Below, one piece after another: positions 8,008 to 16,406 of a stretch of DNA of 19,250 bases (positions within the stretch are counted from its first letter, which is position 1; each line of letters begins with the position of its first letter). The notes beneath the pieces are model-generated. The model was not told the DNA's origin. It did not search any database and worked only from the letters and a program-made list of their open reading frames with translations. The translations under genes were made by a program, and so were the position numbers. Source of the DNA: Cyanophyceae cyanobacterium (GTDB taxonomy: Bacteria; Cyanobacteriota; Cyanobacteriia; Cyanobacteriales; Laspinemataceae). The stretch is taken from assembly GCA_038321985.1 (NCBI GenBank), contig JBBQFN010000056.1, positions 1 to 19,250 of the forward strand, read 5' to 3'.

Positions 8008-10272
8008 ATGTCTTATTCTTTGCCGAAAAATTCCCTGACTGACCTGTTATCTCAGCCAACCGTCATAGCAATCTTGGCCTCTGTGGGCATCCACGGACTC
8101 GTGGGCCTTAGCTGGGATTGGTTGCCCTTTAGCGATAGCGATAAGCAGCCGAATACCTGGACTACAGTAGATTTGGTAAACTTGACCTCGGAAGAAGTCA
8201 GCCGCCTACCGGATTTTTCATCGCCACAAGCTACCGGGTTGGGCAGTCTTAACTCATCTTCAGGACAGTTAGGCAGTTTGCCGGAATTGGGACCCCTACC
8301 CCCTTCCCCCACAAAACTGGGAATTGAACCCTTGACTCTGCCGAAGGGTACGCCTTTATATGACTTGCCTTTCGATCTTCCTCCGGCACCGTCTTTGGGC
8401 GATCTTAAAACCCCACTTCCTTCGTTGCAAGATTATCAATCCCCCAGTAACTTTCGAGAGGGTTTAACAAATCCTCCCTTTTCGGGAAACTCTAATAGTA
8501 TGGCGATTGAGGAGTTACTGGCCTTAGAGAGATTAGAAAGAGCACAAATCGAGCGCGAAATTGAGCAACGAGACCGGCAAAGACTAATAGCGGCAGAAAA
8601 TAATAGTCGGATAGGACCACCACCCGCGCCCGAATTCCGATTGCAAGACGTTCCTCCTCCTCCTATTACTCCCAGGCCGGAACCCCCTTCTTCTATCGAC
8701 CAGCAAATTGCCCGCCAAGGCATGAACCAAGAGGTCGATCCCTCACAATTTTTTGAAATTCCTTACCGGGAAGATTCGCCACCCCCTGAGTTGAGCAATG
8801 GTTCAGGCAACGCCAATCAGTCCAGGGTGCCACCGTCTAGGAATATCTTTGAAAGTAATGAGTTACCGTATGGGGTAAATCCAGGGATGGCACCGAGTCC
8901 AACCCAGCCACCATCGGAACAGACAGGTCCCATCGGCAGAGCGGCTGACTTGCAGACCGAGGCCAGAAATACTGAGCCAGAAGGGACGCCGGGGAGTGAA
9001 CAGGCAGTCGTCCCACCCAATGTTCCGACTCAAAGCGATCGCCCGGGAGAAACTCCCGCACCTGCGGCTGAGCCCGGGGTGACGAGTGAGAAAGTTCGCG
9101 AAATTTGGGACCAAATTTTAGCGCAAAAAACCCCGGCGAATCCCACCGGGTCGGTTAGCGATCGCCAAAATGCCATGTTAGAGGGGACTGATGCCTATAT
9201 CCAATGGGTTTCTAACTTAGAAGCCGAATATGGGGAAGTTAATCTCAAAAACCCGATCGCTGTCTCTAATCAATATCCTCTAGAAGCCTGTTCCCAAAAG
9301 CTAGAAGGGCGAGCTTTATTTGGAGTATTGGTAGACCCCAAAGGCCAAATTATCGAGTCACCCCGGCGCTTACTGGGCACTGGACAAGACATTCTCGATA
9401 GCTTTGCTCGAAAATGGGTACAAAATATGAGGTTTACTCCGGGGAGTGAACCAGCGGTGTATCAGTATGCTTTTGAGTTTAAGCATGATCCTCAACTCTG
9501 TCGCAGCAATGCGCCGTCTCAACCGAGTAACGCAGTACCTCCGGTAGAAACTCAGCCACCCCAGTTAGATGCGCCACGGCCTACGGAGACCCAGACAGCG
9601 CCACCCCAGTTAGATGCGCCACGGCCTGCGGAGACCCAGACAGCGCCGCCACCCCAGTTAGATGCGCCACGGCCTGCGGAGACCCAAACAGCGCCACCCC
9701 AGTTAGATGCGCCACGGCCTGCGGAGACCCAGACAGCGCCACCCCAGTTAGATGCGCCACGGCCTGCGGAGACCCAGACAGCGCCACCCCAGTTAGATGC
9801 GCCACCTGCCACTAGACCCCAACAACTCCGGAACCCGGCACCGGCAGGAGAACCGTCAAAACCTGTCAACGTGCCACCCCAAGCGAAACCGGACCCTGTG
9901 CCAGTACAGGGTGAACCCCAACAGGAACCCTCTGCGCCGGTGGAAGTTCAACCGGAACCAGCCCAGGGCCCTGTTCCAGTACAGGTTCAACCCCCACAAG
10001 AGCAAACCCCACCTGTAGAAAGCCCAGTGACAGTAGAAGGGGAAGAGGTGCCATTCCTTCCAGACGGGTTCGATAGTACGCCGAGTGGAGAAACTCAGGT
10101 GTTGCCTTTACAGGAGGCCACTGAGGGAGAAGTCGTGAAACCCACGGAAGAGACGCCGGAATCAGAAACGAAGTCAGAAGCGCAGGAAGAGGGCGGGGAG
10201 ACGGAGGTGCAGACGGAGGCAGAATCCTCGGAAGCGATCGCAGATGAGGAAGAAAGCGACCCTGAGAATTAA
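8008..10272 (+). CDS. TonB/TolA-family energy transducer-like protein with Pro-rich linker and long Pro/Glu-rich C-terminal extension
   Basis: N-terminal TM helix with S-x3-H (ILASVGIHGLVGL) and a Pro-rich linker. TonB_C-like domain YPLEACSQKLEGRALFGVLVDPKGQI...GTGQDILDSFA...RF at about 9274-9490. Confidence 0.75.
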   Translation: MSYSLPKNSLTDLLSQPTVIAILASVGIHGLVGLSWDWLPFSDSDKQPNTWTTVDLVNLTSEEVSRLPDFSSPQATGLGSLNSSSGQLGSLPELGPLPPSPTKLGIEPLTLPKGTPLYDLPFDLPPAPSLGDLKTPLPSLQDYQSPSNFREGLTNPPFSGNSNSMAIEELLALERLERAQIEREIEQRDRQRLIAAENNSRIGPPPAPEFRLQDVPPPPITPRPEPPSSIDQQIARQGMNQEVDPSQFFEIPYREDSPPPELSNGSGNANQSRVPPSRNIFESNELPYGVNPGMAPSPTQPPSEQTGPIGRAADLQTEARNTEPEGTPGSEQAVVPPNVPTQSDRPGETPAPAAEPGVTSEKVREIWDQILAQKTPANPTGSVSDRQNAMLEGTDAYIQWVSNLEAEYGEVNLKNPIAVSNQYPLEACSQKLEGRALFGVLVDPKGQIIESPRRLLGTGQDILDSFARKWVQNMRFTPGSEPAVYQYAFEFKHDPQLCRSNAPSQPSNAVPPVETQPPQLDAPRPTETQTAPPQLDAPRPAETQTAPPPQLDAPRPAETQTAPPQLDAPRPAETQTAPPQLDAPRPAETQTAPPQLDAPPATRPQQLRNPAPAGEPSKPVNVPPQAKPDPVPVQGEPQQEPSAPVEVQPEPAQGPVPVQVQPPQEQTPPVESPVTVEGEEVPFLPDGFDSTPSGETQVLPLQEATEGEVVKPTEETPESETKSEAQEEGGETEVQTEAESSEAIADEEESDPEN
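9556..9805 (+). repeat. Intragenic 45-bp tandem repeat, 5.5 copies (PPQLDAPRPAETQTA)
   Basis: Units start at 9556, 9601, 9649 (after a 3-bp CCG insertion), 9694 and 9739, with a partial unit at 9784. Consensus CCACCCCAGTTAGATGCGCCACGGCCTGCGGAGACCCAGACAGCG. Only two substitutions among the full copies. Confidence 0.97.
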
Positions 10273-10291
10273 ATGGGGTGAGTTCAGGCAT

Positions 10292-10340
10292 TCTCCTCAA
10301 CAAGGAGAGTGGGGGACATCAATCCGCTCATGTTGTCCCC
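10292..10340. terminator. Two hairpins between the convergent tonB-like and motB-like genes
   Basis: TCTCCT-CAACA-AGGAGA (10292-10308) and GGGGACA...TGTCCCC (10312-10340), followed by TCTTTATT. Confidence 0.5.
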
Positions 10341-10343
10341 TCT

Positions 10344-11168
10344 TTATTCAACGCTCGTTTCTTCACCCAAGCGAGTAAACCGAATTTCAATCCGTCGTCT
10401 GGTTTCATCGGGGTTCGGATTGACGTTCCCAAAATCTCCCGTAGGGGAGACCAATTGAGCTGCAGAATAGGGGCGAAATTGTAGTCCTTGGAGCTTTCCT
10501 TCTGTGCGTTGAATGGTTTGTAAAATTTGCACCACGGCGAGCGATCTCATTAACCCTAAATCAGCATTCGATCCCGGTACTAACTGATTAACTGGGGCGG
10601 TCCCCGCAGCCACTTGTTGTAGCGACCGGTCTAGATTACTTGATCCGCCGTTATTCGGTTGTCCGTCGGTATGTCCAATGATTTCCACAACATCGATCTT
10701 ATATGCTGCGGCGTTGGCTTCAATTTGGGGAACTAATTGGGTACGAACATAAGTTTCTAAGGCATTGGGAAGTTGAGCGCTGCCGGAAGAAAATTGATAA
10801 GCCCCAGTATCCCGAATGACGATAATAGGAGGCGCTTTTGGGGTACCTATTTCTTGTTGCAATTGCCCTTGTAAGGTTTGGGCTTGGGCGGCTAATGCCC
10901 GATTTTGGGCGGCTAAGGGGGCAATTTGAGACTCGGCTGATGCAGCCCTGTTTTGAGTGCTGGTGAGGTCAATTTGCGTCCTCAGAAGCTGTTGGCGGAG
11001 GGTTTCTTCCGTTTCCCGCATGGTGGAAATGGAGACTAAGGGTTTGATAATTGCCAGCAACAATAAGAAGCTGAGAATCATAAATGCGTTGGACATTAAA
11101 TCTGTAAATGCCGGCCAAATATCAAATTCTGGAGGCGTTTCTTGCCGCCTAGACCGCGATCGCATCAT
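10344..11168 (-). CDS. MotB/ZorB-like single-TM protein with OmpA-like peptidoglycan-binding domain
   Basis: IWPAFTDLMS TM helix with the ion-binding Asp (D23), then a Gln/Ala-rich coiled-coil stalk. OmpA-like motifs FSSGSAQL, VEIIGHTD, SNADLGLMRSLAV, RRRIEIRF. Confidence 0.85.
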   Translation of the reverse strand: MMRSRSRRQETPPEFDIWPAFTDLMSNAFMILSFLLLLAIIKPLVSISTMRETEETLRQQLLRTQIDLTSTQNRAASAESQIAPLAAQNRALAAQAQTLQGQLQQEIGTPKAPPIIVIRDTGAYQFSSGSAQLPNALETYVRTQLVPQIEANAAAYKIDVVEIIGHTDGQPNNGGSSNLDRSLQQVAAGTAPVNQLVPGSNADLGLMRSLAVVQILQTIQRTEGKLQGLQFRPYSAAQLVSPTGDFGNVNPNPDETRRRIEIRFTRLGEETSVE

Positions 11169-11271
11169 GCAATTTTTCCTTTAACTATTCTGGACTGCTA
11201 AACCGTCACGGGTGAAAGGGTTGGGTTTGGGTTTTTCGATTTGGATTCCAACTTTTTCTGGAGATTTAACT

Positions 11272-12858
11272 TCATTTTTCGGTATTTTCTTCTTCCCAAT
11301 TAACCAATTGAGGGTTAAAGGGGTCGTTAGAATGGTTGGCAGGGGTAGGACTTAGACGAGTTGGTACCATTCCCTGCGGTTCTTCTGATTCTAGATGCTT
11401 GACAACTTGGGCTAGTTGTGATTGCACAGCATTAAGGTCAGTGCCGAGTTGATTTATGCGATGGGTAACGGGGTCGGTGGAGGGAGAGACAGCGGTACGA
11501 TCGCCCATTGAAGCCACTAGGCGATCGCCTAATGTTTGCATTCCCCCTCTCATTTCTTCGGTAAAGAGTTTTAGGGATTCTACTAATTTATAAAGTTCAG
11601 AATGCACGTCAACAAAGCGATCGGTTCGGGTTGCTAACCGCTTTTGTAAGGTATCTAAGGTTTTGATGACGGAATGGAATATTTGAGCGCTTTGCTGCAT
11701 TTCACCGACGACATCGGCTAATGCTTTTTGATTGTTTTGGGTTAAATTCAGGACTTGAGATGAATTTTTACTTAATCCGGCGATTTCTTCGGAGAGATGA
11801 ATAGTTTCCTGGCTGGTGGTTTGGAGGGAGGCGATCGCCAGTTGGAGTGCTTGGGTAGATTGATTTAAAACTGAAGCAGAACGGGCTAAATCCCGCTGAG
11901 TATTGGCTAGATTATCGGTTGAACTGGCGAGTTTATTCGCAAATTGGCTCTTTTCAAAAAGTTGTGCAGATTCCCGGAACATGGTTGCACCCGACATCAT
12001 CGAACTAGAAGATTCCATGAGGCGGTTATAAACCTGAGTGGCGAGATGCTGCGCCTGTCGATTACCTTCGGTAATTTGGTCTACTCTTTCCCCTAAGGAG
12101 GAGGAAACAGCTTCTTTTACAGAGACGGAAAACTGATTAGCAAAGCCGGAGAAGATATTTTCCAGGCGATCGACTGCTTTATCTAAGGGCGATCGGCGAT
12201 TTAAAGCAGGGCCATAAATATTGTCAATATAATCTTCTAAAGCACTGATCAGTTGATATTTGGCAATGCTGGTATTCCGGAGTAAATTGACCACCGTTAA
12301 CACTGCACTACAAGCCACAGCAGTTAAACTACTAATAAAAGCAACTCCCATCCCTTGTAGAGGTCGTTGCACTTGTTCCACCAACGCATCAATACTACCT
12401 ACACCAAAATCATTAATAGTTTGGCTGAGTTCGGCCAAGTTCATGGTAATTCCCAGGAATGTCCCCAACAGACCCAAGGAGAGTAACAAATTCGGAAAAA
12501 AGCGGCAGAAATAATCGATTTGTTCGTTTTTGAGGAGATGTTTAATATAAACTTGGTCGATTAAAGCCCCGGTATTCATCCGTTCTAAAGCGGGGCTGGA
12601 TTCCTTGCATCGAAATTCGATTTCTTCAACAATTCTCGGTTTTTTATTGGGATTATCTTCGTGAATTAATCCTCGAACGCGATAAGCTAAATGAATTAAA
12701 TGTTGATACACTCCCCACCGCAGGAAGATTGTAACCAAGGTCAAAATAATTAGACTCAGAACAAACCCGAGTAAATAGGGAGGCAGTAAGACCGAACTAA
12801 AGGACTCAATGAGGCCCAATACAAACGGTCCTTTAAGGATAGAGATAGATTGACTCAT
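11272..12858 (-). CDS. MotA/TolQ/ExbB proton-channel family protein, ZorA-like, with long C-terminal helical tail
   Basis: Three predicted TM helices. Channel hairpin FPNLLLSLGLLGTFLGI...GMGVAFISSL followed by about 300 aa of Pro-poor, S/Q/A/L-rich helical sequence. Directly upstream of the MotB-like gene. Confidence 0.82.
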   Translation of the reverse strand: MSQSISILKGPFVLGLIESFSSVLLPPYLLGFVLSLIILTLVTIFLRWGVYQHLIHLAYRVRGLIHEDNPNKKPRIVEEIEFRCKESSPALERMNTGALIDQVYIKHLLKNEQIDYFCRFFPNLLLSLGLLGTFLGITMNLAELSQTINDFGVGSIDALVEQVQRPLQGMGVAFISSLTAVACSAVLTVVNLLRNTSIAKYQLISALEDYIDNIYGPALNRRSPLDKAVDRLENIFSGFANQFSVSVKEAVSSSLGERVDQITEGNRQAQHLATQVYNRLMESSSSMMSGATMFRESAQLFEKSQFANKLASSTDNLANTQRDLARSASVLNQSTQALQLAIASLQTTSQETIHLSEEIAGLSKNSSQVLNLTQNNQKALADVVGEMQQSAQIFHSVIKTLDTLQKRLATRTDRFVDVHSELYKLVESLKLFTEEMRGGMQTLGDRLVASMGDRTAVSPSTDPVTHRINQLGTDLNAVQSQLAQVVKHLESEEPQGMVPTRLSPTPANHSNDPFNPQLVNWEEENTEK

Positions 12859-13033
12859 GACGGATTAATACTGGGTTGATAATTGCCGAGCCTGTGCTAG
12901 ATTCACTATACAGGCTGACCGGGCTTGAATTGCCAGACGAGATTAAGAGAGTCTAGTTTCGGGCAGACCGGATTCGTTATATTTGCACTCTATCCTAACT
13001 CAAACCCGGATCAGTGGAGATGTACGCAGTTGC

Positions 13034-13627
13034 TTAGTCCAAATCTCGCCGACCCTCCAAAGCACGGGCTAAAGTAACTTCATCGGCATATTCCAAATCA
13101 CCCCCCATTGGCAATCCAAAGGCAATGCGCGTAACTCGGGTAAAAGGTTTGAGCAATTGTCCCACATAAAGGGTCGTCGTTTCTCCCTCAACACTGGGAC
13201 TAATGGCGATAATCACTTCTTTGATTTGTTGCTGACTCACACGCCTCACCAACGCTTGGATATTCAGTTGTTCGGGCCCAATGCCATCCATAGGGGAAAT
13301 CACCCCACCTAGGACATGATATTTGCCTCTAAATTCGCGAGTTTTTTCCAGAGCAATTAAGTCCCGAGAGTCCGAAACTACGCAAATTACATCGCGATCG
13401 CGATTGGGTGCCCGACAGATTTCACAAGTCGGTTCTGCACTCAAGTGAAAGCATTCTTTGCAAAATCCCACCTGTTGTTTGGCGTCAATTAATGCTTTTG
13501 CGAGTGCCTGGATTTCATCATCGGGTCGCTTCAGTAAATGAAGGGCCAGTCGTTGGGCGGATTTAGGCCCAATTCCCGGCAAACGTTGCAGTTGCTCGAT
13601 TAAACGAGCTAAAGGACGAGTATAAAC
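13034..13627 (-). CDS. recR: Recombination mediator RecR (probable non-canonical start at 13627)
   Basis: HhH motif [14 protein letters not shown]4 zinc finger CKEC-x8-CEIC, Toprim region [16 protein letters not shown]...EGETT, and [12 protein letters not shown]. The frame extends upstream of TTG 13582 as [15 protein letters not shown]. Confidence 0.95.
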   Translation of the reverse strand, partial: VYTRPLARLIEQLQRLPGIGPKSAQRLALHLLKRPDDEIQALAKALIDAKQQVGFCKECFHLSAEPTCEICRAPNRDRDVICVVSDSRDLIALEKTREFRGKYHVLGGVISPMDGIGPEQLNIQALVRRVSQQQIKEVIIAISPSVEGETTTLYVGQLLKPFTRVTRIAFGLPMGGDLEYADEVTLARALEGRRDLD

Positions 13628-13699
13628 GGTCCAGTCTCCTGTTGACTAAAAAAGATCTTCTTCTATTTTAGCGATTTTGGTTACCAAATTAACGGGAAT

Positions 13700-15490
13700 T
13701 TACGGCAAACAAGGACTCTCTTCAAACCCGGTATTTCCAGTAGCGGTAACATGACAGGAATAGCGCACAGAACCAGAGTTATTTCCCTGATTATTTTCTA
13801 CGGTATTTCCCTTTCCTCCCGCACTCCCTTGCACGAAAATTCCACCATTCACGGTATTATTAGTAATTTTCACATCTTCTATGGAACCGGGTGCATTGTT
13901 GGTATCGGCGTTTACATAAATTAAGGCCATATCGGTTACTCCTTCAGTGACTCGATTTCCGACAATTTCTACATTTTTAATCGAGGGAATTTTGTACAAT
14001 CCAATATAAGTATTTCCCCGATTGTTGCGCAGGACTACACCATCAACTGTTGTCCCCCCACAACATTCTTGAATCAAAATTCCCTCTCCATCTACACTTA
14101 AATACTTTGTATCTTTGACCTGATGCCGATATACTTCATATTGATTTCCCTCCACCAAAACATTGGCCCCAGACCAATCAATTGCCCGATTTTCTAAGGT
14201 TACCGCACCTCTTGGCTCTTTTAAACCCGTGGGGTCAGTCCACCATGCCTTTTCTCGTTCGTCGTGAATCTCATTGTTCTGTATAACCAGCCCCTCCCCA
14301 GAGGCAGACATTGCTACGCGCATGGTGTGATAAACCCAATTATCCCGAAGCGTGATTCCTGGGCGAAATAGCCCCGGTTCTGTACTAGGATTCGCATTCT
14401 TTTGGAACCCTCCAGATTTGGATCGATTGATTACAATACCATAGTGATTGCCATAATGAAACGGAACTTTATTCCCTTCTGGGTATGTAATAATTTCCTC
14501 GCCTTTTATCGTTTTAACCTGATAGTCGGGTTGGTCGTAATTATCCGTAATATTATCATTAATTCTATTATTAGCCACCAAAATATTGGCCTTGGCATTA
14601 ACCTCTAAATTAGCCGCGAAGCGATAGCTATAGCGCAACCAAGGGCTTTGAAATGATATATCAGGAACTCGCGGATCGGGTTCGGCCACATTATTGCTAC
14701 GAATGCCAAAAATGATAATATTTTGATTATTTCCAGTATCAATATCTCCCCTTAAAGAAATCCCGGCCCGATTGATATTTAGATTGATTAATCCAATATT
14801 GCTATCGGTATTTCCTATGGTGGTGACAATCTTCTTAAACGCCGTTTCATTGGGAGTACCATTACCGGATAATTGGGGTTCATACTTGGGAAATTCCAGT
14901 TGAGAGGGGGGATTAAATCCGGAGTTTTTGGCATCCATGACCGAAGGGCGATCGCCACGAAGTACCACCCCATTTTTTAAACTAATTCCGTCCTCAAACG
15001 AGTAGGTTCCCTGCGGAAAATAAACCACTCCTCCCCCATTTGCCGCTGCGGAATCTCGCGCGGCATTAAACCGCGCCACCATCGTTCCCCCCTCAAAATC
15101 TTGAATATTATAAACACAATTCCACTTAATTTGATTAGTCCAGGGATAGGACAAGTTAGAATAATGTTCAGCAATGGGATTATCGGTGGGTCCCCCCTTA
15201 ACACTCCCACAATTTGAGGCAGCCTTTTGGAAATTATTAGGAGATTCTGGTCCTGATGTAGAGTTCATCTCTTGGGGTGCGACTACCACAGTTTCCGAGT
15301 TCGTTTCGGGATTGACTGCTGCTGGATTAAACGAAACGGGGGTAGGATTTTCGATAGAATTGCTAATATTTCGGCTATAATTAGAGATGGCATAACCGCC
15401 AAGAATTAGACTCAACGCGCAACCTGCTAAACAAACAAATTGCCAGAACTTTTTCCACCCCAGACTGAGGTGATTTTTGTGTTGGTTCAT
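13700..15490 (-). CDS. Exported or membrane-anchored right-handed parallel beta-helix protein (pectate lyase 3 / GH28-like N-terminus)
   Basis: Basic plus hydrophobic N-terminus and a low-complexity linker. VYNIQDF...AAANGGGVVYFPQGTY...LKNGVVLRG cap motif. Many Asn-ladder strands (ILVANNRI, ITLRDNWV, LVIQNNEI, VLVEGNQY, VKITNNTV). Confidence 0.75.
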   Translation of the reverse strand: MNQHKNHLSLGWKKFWQFVCLAGCALSLILGGYAISNYSRNISNSIENPTPVSFNPAAVNPETNSETVVVAPQEMNSTSGPESPNNFQKAASNCGSVKGGPTDNPIAEHYSNLSYPWTNQIKWNCVYNIQDFEGGTMVARFNAARDSAAANGGGVVYFPQGTYSFEDGISLKNGVVLRGDRPSVMDAKNSGFNPPSQLEFPKYEPQLSGNGTPNETAFKKIVTTIGNTDSNIGLINLNINRAGISLRGDIDTGNNQNIIIFGIRSNNVAEPDPRVPDISFQSPWLRYSYRFAANLEVNAKANILVANNRINDNITDNYDQPDYQVKTIKGEEIITYPEGNKVPFHYGNHYGIVINRSKSGGFQKNANPSTEPGLFRPGITLRDNWVYHTMRVAMSASGEGLVIQNNEIHDEREKAWWTDPTGLKEPRGAVTLENRAIDWSGANVLVEGNQYEVYRHQVKDTKYLSVDGEGILIQECCGGTTVDGVVLRNNRGNTYIGLYKIPSIKNVEIVGNRVTEGVTDMALIYVNADTNNAPGSIEDVKITNNTVNGGIFVQGSAGGKGNTVENNQGNNSGSVRYSCHVTATGNTGFEESPCLP

Positions 15491-15536
15491 GCTAACCTCT
15501 TAAATATTGCCGTTAATCTTTACTTTTTGAAAAGCC

Positions 15537-16268
15537 TCACCGACCCTCCTCCTTAAAATAACATAACTGCCACTCTCGACCGGCGATCGCCACGGCTGCC
15601 ACATAGTCCGAATGGGGGTCAATTTCCTCTAAAAACCACTCAGACGCTAACTCCGAATTCCCCTTGATATTCAGTAATTTGGCAGGCATTCCCGGTAGCA
15701 AAGACACCTCCACTTCATCCAATCCTGCCAATCCATCCCCAGTAGCCTTTAAATATGCTTCTTTGCGAGTCCAAGCATTCAAAAAAGCCGCTTGTTTTTG
15801 TGCCCTGGGCACAGAGGCGATCGCTTCTGCTTCCCTGGGGGTAAAAAACCGTTTCGCCAATTGTTCAGCATCCGGCAGAGGACGAATTTGTTCCAAATCA
15901 ATCCCAACAGGTTGAGAGGCGATCGCATAAAGTGCCAAATCCCCCGAATGAGACAGATTAAAATGAAGGCTATGATACGGATTTTCCAATAACGGTTTAC
16001 CCTTGGTACTATACCGAAATTCTATCTGTTCTGGTGCTAACTGTAAATACTTCCCTAACAGGGATCTTAACATCCCGCGAGCCACAATAAACCGCTGGCG
16101 ATCGCCCTCAAAGTAAAAGCGATCGGCCCTTTTTTGTTCATCTTCAGATAACATTGCTAGAAAGGGGCGAATTTCTTCACAATGGCAGTCGAGTTCCACC
16201 CGCCAAATATCAACCTGTTGCGGTAATAATTCTATCTTCTTTTGTGGCAGTTTCCACTCTATATTCAT
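15537..16268 (-). CDS. Sfp/HetI-type 4'-phosphopantetheinyl transferase
   Basis: LSEDEQKRADRF, KGKP, HFNLSHSG, VGIDLE, WTRKEAYLKATGDGL. Confidence 0.93.
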   Translation of the reverse strand: MNIEWKLPQKKIELLPQQVDIWRVELDCHCEEIRPFLAMLSEDEQKRADRFYFEGDRQRFIVARGMLRSLLGKYLQLAPEQIEFRYSTKGKPLLENPYHSLHFNLSHSGDLALYAIASQPVGIDLEQIRPLPDAEQLAKRFFTPREAEAIASVPRAQKQAAFLNAWTRKEAYLKATGDGLAGLDEVEVSLLPGMPAKLLNIKGNSELASEWFLEEIDPHSDYVAAVAIAGREWQLCYFKEEGR

Positions 16269-16282
16269 CCCTATTCCACGTC

Positions 16283-16336
16283 ACGACTTCAGTCGTTATC
16301 TGTCTTCGTTCGTAGTAACGACTTTAGCCGTTATCT
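16283..16336 (+). repeat. Two direct copies of a short palindromic REP-like repeat
   Basis: ACGACTTCAGTCGTTATCT (16283-16301) and CGTAGTAACGACTTTAGCCGTTATCT (16311-16336). The core is an (A)ACGAC-TTCA-GTCGT(T) hairpin; copy 2 is preceded by GTAG. Confidence 0.6.
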
Positions 16337-16365
16337 TCCCTCAAAAAATCTCGCTTGTACTTCAC

Positions 16366-16401
16366 ATAGGGCAGGAGATGATCGCACTCCTCTTGCCCTA
16401 T
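16366..16401. repeat. Stem-loop just downstream of the transglutaminase stop (REP-like or terminator)
   Basis: ATAGGGCA-GGAG...CTCC-TCT-TGCCCTAT inverted repeat. Confidence 0.5.
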
Positions 16402-16406
16402 AATTA

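Noticed and set aside
9556..9805. Possible CRISPR array
   Set aside because: The repeats are contiguous with no unique spacers, lie in frame inside a CDS, and there are no cas genes in the window.
10344..12858. Flagellar stator motAB, or a complete Zorya system
   Set aside because: There is no flagellar context, and the A subunit has 3 TM helices plus a long tail. No zorC/D/E/F/G-like genes are adjacent, so no gene symbols were assigned.
15537..16268. PPTase as a marker of an NRPS/PKS cluster
   Set aside because: No carrier-protein or synthetase genes are in the window, and stand-alone Sfp-type PPTases are ordinary in cyanobacteria.
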